A stretch of DNA of 64,000 nt from Octopus sinensis. Lineage: Eukaryota. Positions 60,795 to 64,000 of this stretch are shown here, one piece after another (position 1 is the first letter of the stretch; each line of letters starts with the position of its first letter). The DNA lies in NCBI RefSeq assembly GCF_006345805.1, contig NC_043011.1, forward strand, positions 7,316,001 to 7,380,000, written 5' to 3'. A model generated the notes under the pieces. The model had not been told where the DNA came from and did not search any database. It saw only the letters and a program-made list of their open reading frames with translations. A program made the position numbers and the translations under genes.

Positions 60795-60842
<48 letters not shown>

Positions 60843-60956
60843 TATATATAGGATAAATATACACAGAGAAAGGACCCTTTATTAGTTGTAGGCTATCTAT
60901 CTATCCTCATTTCGAGCATTCAACGACAATATGAGTCTTCAAAGACAGTTGCTTCC

Positions 60957-61008
<52 letters not shown>

Positions 61009-61019
61009 TTCTCTTATTC

Positions 61020-61055
61020 CTTTCTATTGAAGAGCATAGGCTCGAAACGTAAAAG
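61020..61055 (+). ncRNA. Family D atypical HHR-like motif
   Basis: CTTT-CTATTGAA-GAGC-ATAG-GCTC-GAAA-CG-TA-AAAG. Confidence 0.45.
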
Positions 61056-61143
61056 ACACTCACAATGCCGGTCTGGAAATCGAAACCGCGATCCTATGAT
61101 GGCAAGTCCGCTTCCCTAACCACTGGGCTATTGCACCTCCATA

Positions 61144-61207
<64 letters not shown>

Positions 61208-61429
61208 TACATACATCATACATACATACATACATACATACATACATAAGTGTGTGTGTGTATATGTGTATGTAAACTGACAAAATTCCGTGCTGCATAT
61301 GAGAAAGTAATAGCTCATGATTTATTGATTGATGGATGGATGGATGTGTGCATGTAAGTATGCAAGCGTGCACGCCTATATGCATGTATGTATGTATGTA
61401 TGTATATATATATGTATATATATGTGTAT

Positions 61430-61983
61430 CATGTCAGGTCACATTCGAGTGCTACTGGTAACATGTAACCTAGTACAACCTGTTGCATAGTCGGGTCGTC
61501 TGCGACTAAACCGGCAACCCCACCAAGCTTGCTTGGTGAGAAGGGTGCTTATTGGACACCCTGCAGGATGAAAAACGAAACCCGTCAAAGGGCGGAGGAA
61601 CTCTTGAGAGTCAACGGCCATCCAATAAATGTCTTAAGGCTGAATCATGCGCGGGGACATAGAAATAATCGGACACAATACCCGATCGCGCGGTTAAACC
61701 ATTGGGAGTGAAGGACTCCTAGCCTTTGTCAGGGCATCCTTCTAGGAGAAGGTAACTCAGGTAACTGGGATAACTCCGACATAAAACCTGCGGCTCAGTG
61801 GTTACCGATGATGTTGACTTGTTCTTCTTTTCGGATTATTGCTGCTGTTGCTTAGTGAGTGGGATTGACTCAGTGCACAGCCTTTCCTCACTTTAAAAAA
61901 ATCTTCTTGTACAGTCATTGCACGATAACATTGATTAAGCTTCGTGCAATGACCATACCCGATAACGTTGGCGCAGCCACCAT
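61430..61983 (+). mobile_element. Probable isolated RTE 5' UTR
   Basis: GGCATCCTTCTAGGAGAAGGTAACTC and GGCAACCCCACC motifs recalled from RTE 5' UTRs; 12-bp hairpin over an ATG; stops at a microsatellite. Confidence 0.5.
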
Positions 61984-62184
61984 GTATGTATGTATGTAGG
62001 TAGGTAGGTATGTACGTATATATGTACGTATGTATGTAAGTATGTAGGTATGTAAATGTGTGGACGTGTCTGTGTGTGTGTATATGTGTATGTACATGTG
62101 GACGTATGTACTGATATATGTCTGTTCAAGTTGTATATATGACTGTTTCTCTGTCGAAGATTGTATGTACATAATACACACACA

Positions 62185-62212
62185 CTAGCAATGCATCCCG
62201 GCGTTGTCCGGG
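62185..62212 (-). mobile_element. Helitron 3' terminus
   Basis: Minus strand CCCGG-ACAACG-CCGGG...GCTAG|T; upstream extent undetermined. Confidence 0.7.
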
Positions 62213-62906
62213 TGTTATGATCTACAGGTGCATTGTATTATTTGCTCCTTTCTTATTGGCAGAATCGGCACCACTGATGTATAGTTAATGGCACAATGGA
62301 AGTTATTGTTTGTTTAAAAGTATGGAAAAGTCTCATACATCTACTAAGACATACACATACGCGCGCGCACACACAGACATACATTAATGCGTACCTCAAA
62401 CCTATCTCAGTCCCTTTGTGCGTCTGTCTGTGTCTTTAGATGTGTGTATGTGCCAGTCATCACAAAAATGTATGTATACTAACAGACACAAACACCGTCA
62501 CACATATATACTTGTCAGTCATCGACCTAACGTACGTAACGAATGCGCGAACACATATAGAAAATGTGACGTCATCGTCGTTGTGGTGGTGGTAGTAAAA
62601 GATGTCCTTTATGATAGGTGGCTAAAAGAAAGATGATAATCTTAAATTTTTGTAATGCAAATAAGTGAATGAAAATATATTTTAGTTTGTAGCCAAAAGC
62701 TTACTGAATCTTTTGATACCCCATACGTCAAAAACGGCAACTCGGTTTTGGAATGCATAAGGAACATACGCACACATACACATATATACAAACTTTCTTA
62801 TACATATGTGTGTGTGTGTGTTCAGATGAATATGGTACGTAAATCTGGGAGCTTTTAGGTGAAATTATACTAATGTGTCCTAATTTAATTAAATTCTACG
62901 GCTTTG

Positions 62907-62998
62907 TGCAGCTGAAGATTGCTCTGCATTTCAAATTGTTGTAATGAAATGATTGCATTGTTCAGTTAAATGGAGTTGCATTAAACGATCGTACTGCA
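62907..62998 (+). ncRNA. HHR family F, second copy (G12-to-U)
   Basis: TGCAG-CTGAAGA...TAAA-C-GATC-G-TA-CTGCA. Confidence 0.55.
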
Positions 62999-63029
62999 TT
63001 ACCTCTGGATATCCTTGTTGCTTATTTCG

Positions 63030-63097
<68 letters not shown>

Positions 63098-63353
63098 CCC
63101 CGTCTCACCACCGTCTAACGGTGAATGGATGCAATGTCTTAAGATACATACATGCTAATATAATCCTACATATATACAAGCACACACAATCATACAAACG
63201 CGTATACACACACATATATACGTTTATCCATTTACACATATATATATATCACTATTTTCGCGGACAACGGTTAAAATTTATAAACCATTTTTCTTGTATT
63301 TTACATAAAAATATACATACATATGTGCATACATTCACATATATAATATATGA

Positions 63354-63578
63354 GGCGGCGAGCTGGCAGAAACGTTAGCACGCCGGGCGAAATGCGTAGC
63401 CGTATTTCGTCTGCCGTTACGTTGTGAGTTCAAATTCCGCCGAGGTCGACTTTGCCTTTCATCCTTTCGGGGTCGATAAATTGAGTACCAGTTACGCACT
63501 GGGTCGATGTAATCGACTTAATCCACTTGTCTGTCCTCGTTTGTCCCCTCTGTGTTTAGCCCCTTGTGGGTAGTAAAG

Positions 63579-63582
<4 letters not shown>
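63354..63582 (+). mobile_element. SINE B (reference copy; Deu/Nin-like central domain)
   Basis: GGCGGCGAGCTGGCAGAAACGTTAG head with an insert, B-box GAGTTCAAATTCC, then GTCGACTTTGCCTTTCATCCTTTCGGGGTCGATAAATTGAGTACCAG. Domain name recalled, not searched. Confidence 0.85.
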
Positions 63583-63618
<36 letters not shown>

Positions 63619-64000
63619 GTGCATGCATATACACACTCATACATTCACACACTAACACTTACATACATACACACGCATGCTAAAATACACATACATCTAC
63701 ACATACGTTCATACATATTAATCTATGTACATTCATACGATTATATATAACTACGTATATGTATTTCAGTATCATGCATCTCAACATGTGTGGATTTCTA
63801 CATGTAAATAACAGAAAGGGGTGATTATAGATGGGTACTCCCGAGTGGAATCTGGGTGTTACCCCGTTCGGATTTACGGTTGAGGGCGGGTTTGTAGATG
63901 TATCTGTTTTAGAATTTATGGGAGCAACTGTCTTTCAAGACACATATTGTCGTCGAATGCTCGAAATGAGGAGTAGATAGACAGCCGACGACTGGTAAAG

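Noticed and set aside
61062-61141. tRNA gene
   Set aside because: It is the head of the SINE at 55049; no complete cloverleaf is supported. The same applies to the other SINE heads.

Overview
AT-rich, microsatellite-saturated eukaryotic DNA. The SINE and LINE sequences suggest a cephalopod, probably Octopus (inference; no search was run). No multi-exon host gene could be assembled; the only candidate is a 36-nt first coding exon at 47734-47769. Nearly every long ORF in the track is either microsatellite-derived or a transposon remnant. Repeats: about 20 copies of one tRNA-derived SINE (A) and three other SINE types; two RTE LINE families, including a 3.2-kb EN+RT copy at 42830-46028; CR1/L2-like fragments; a mariner relic; Helitrons; and hAT, piggyBac and Merlin MITEs, each with its target-site duplication (TSD). 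The most notable signal is invisible to the ORF track: roughly 20 hammerhead-ribozyme (HHR) motifs from at least ten unrelated short elements. They are minimal type I HHRs with a palindromic or near-palindromic stem III, often arranged as divergent inverted pairs and bounded by (TA)n. Several have long or branched stem II, one has a compensatory U3-A8 core and lies downstream of a Penelope-like (PLE) GIY-YIG ORF, and one sits in a 355-bp retrozyme-like unit. HHRs in PLEs are established; these particular families and variants may not be described. All folds were done by eye and no activity is shown. Repeat boundaries without a stated TSD are approximate.
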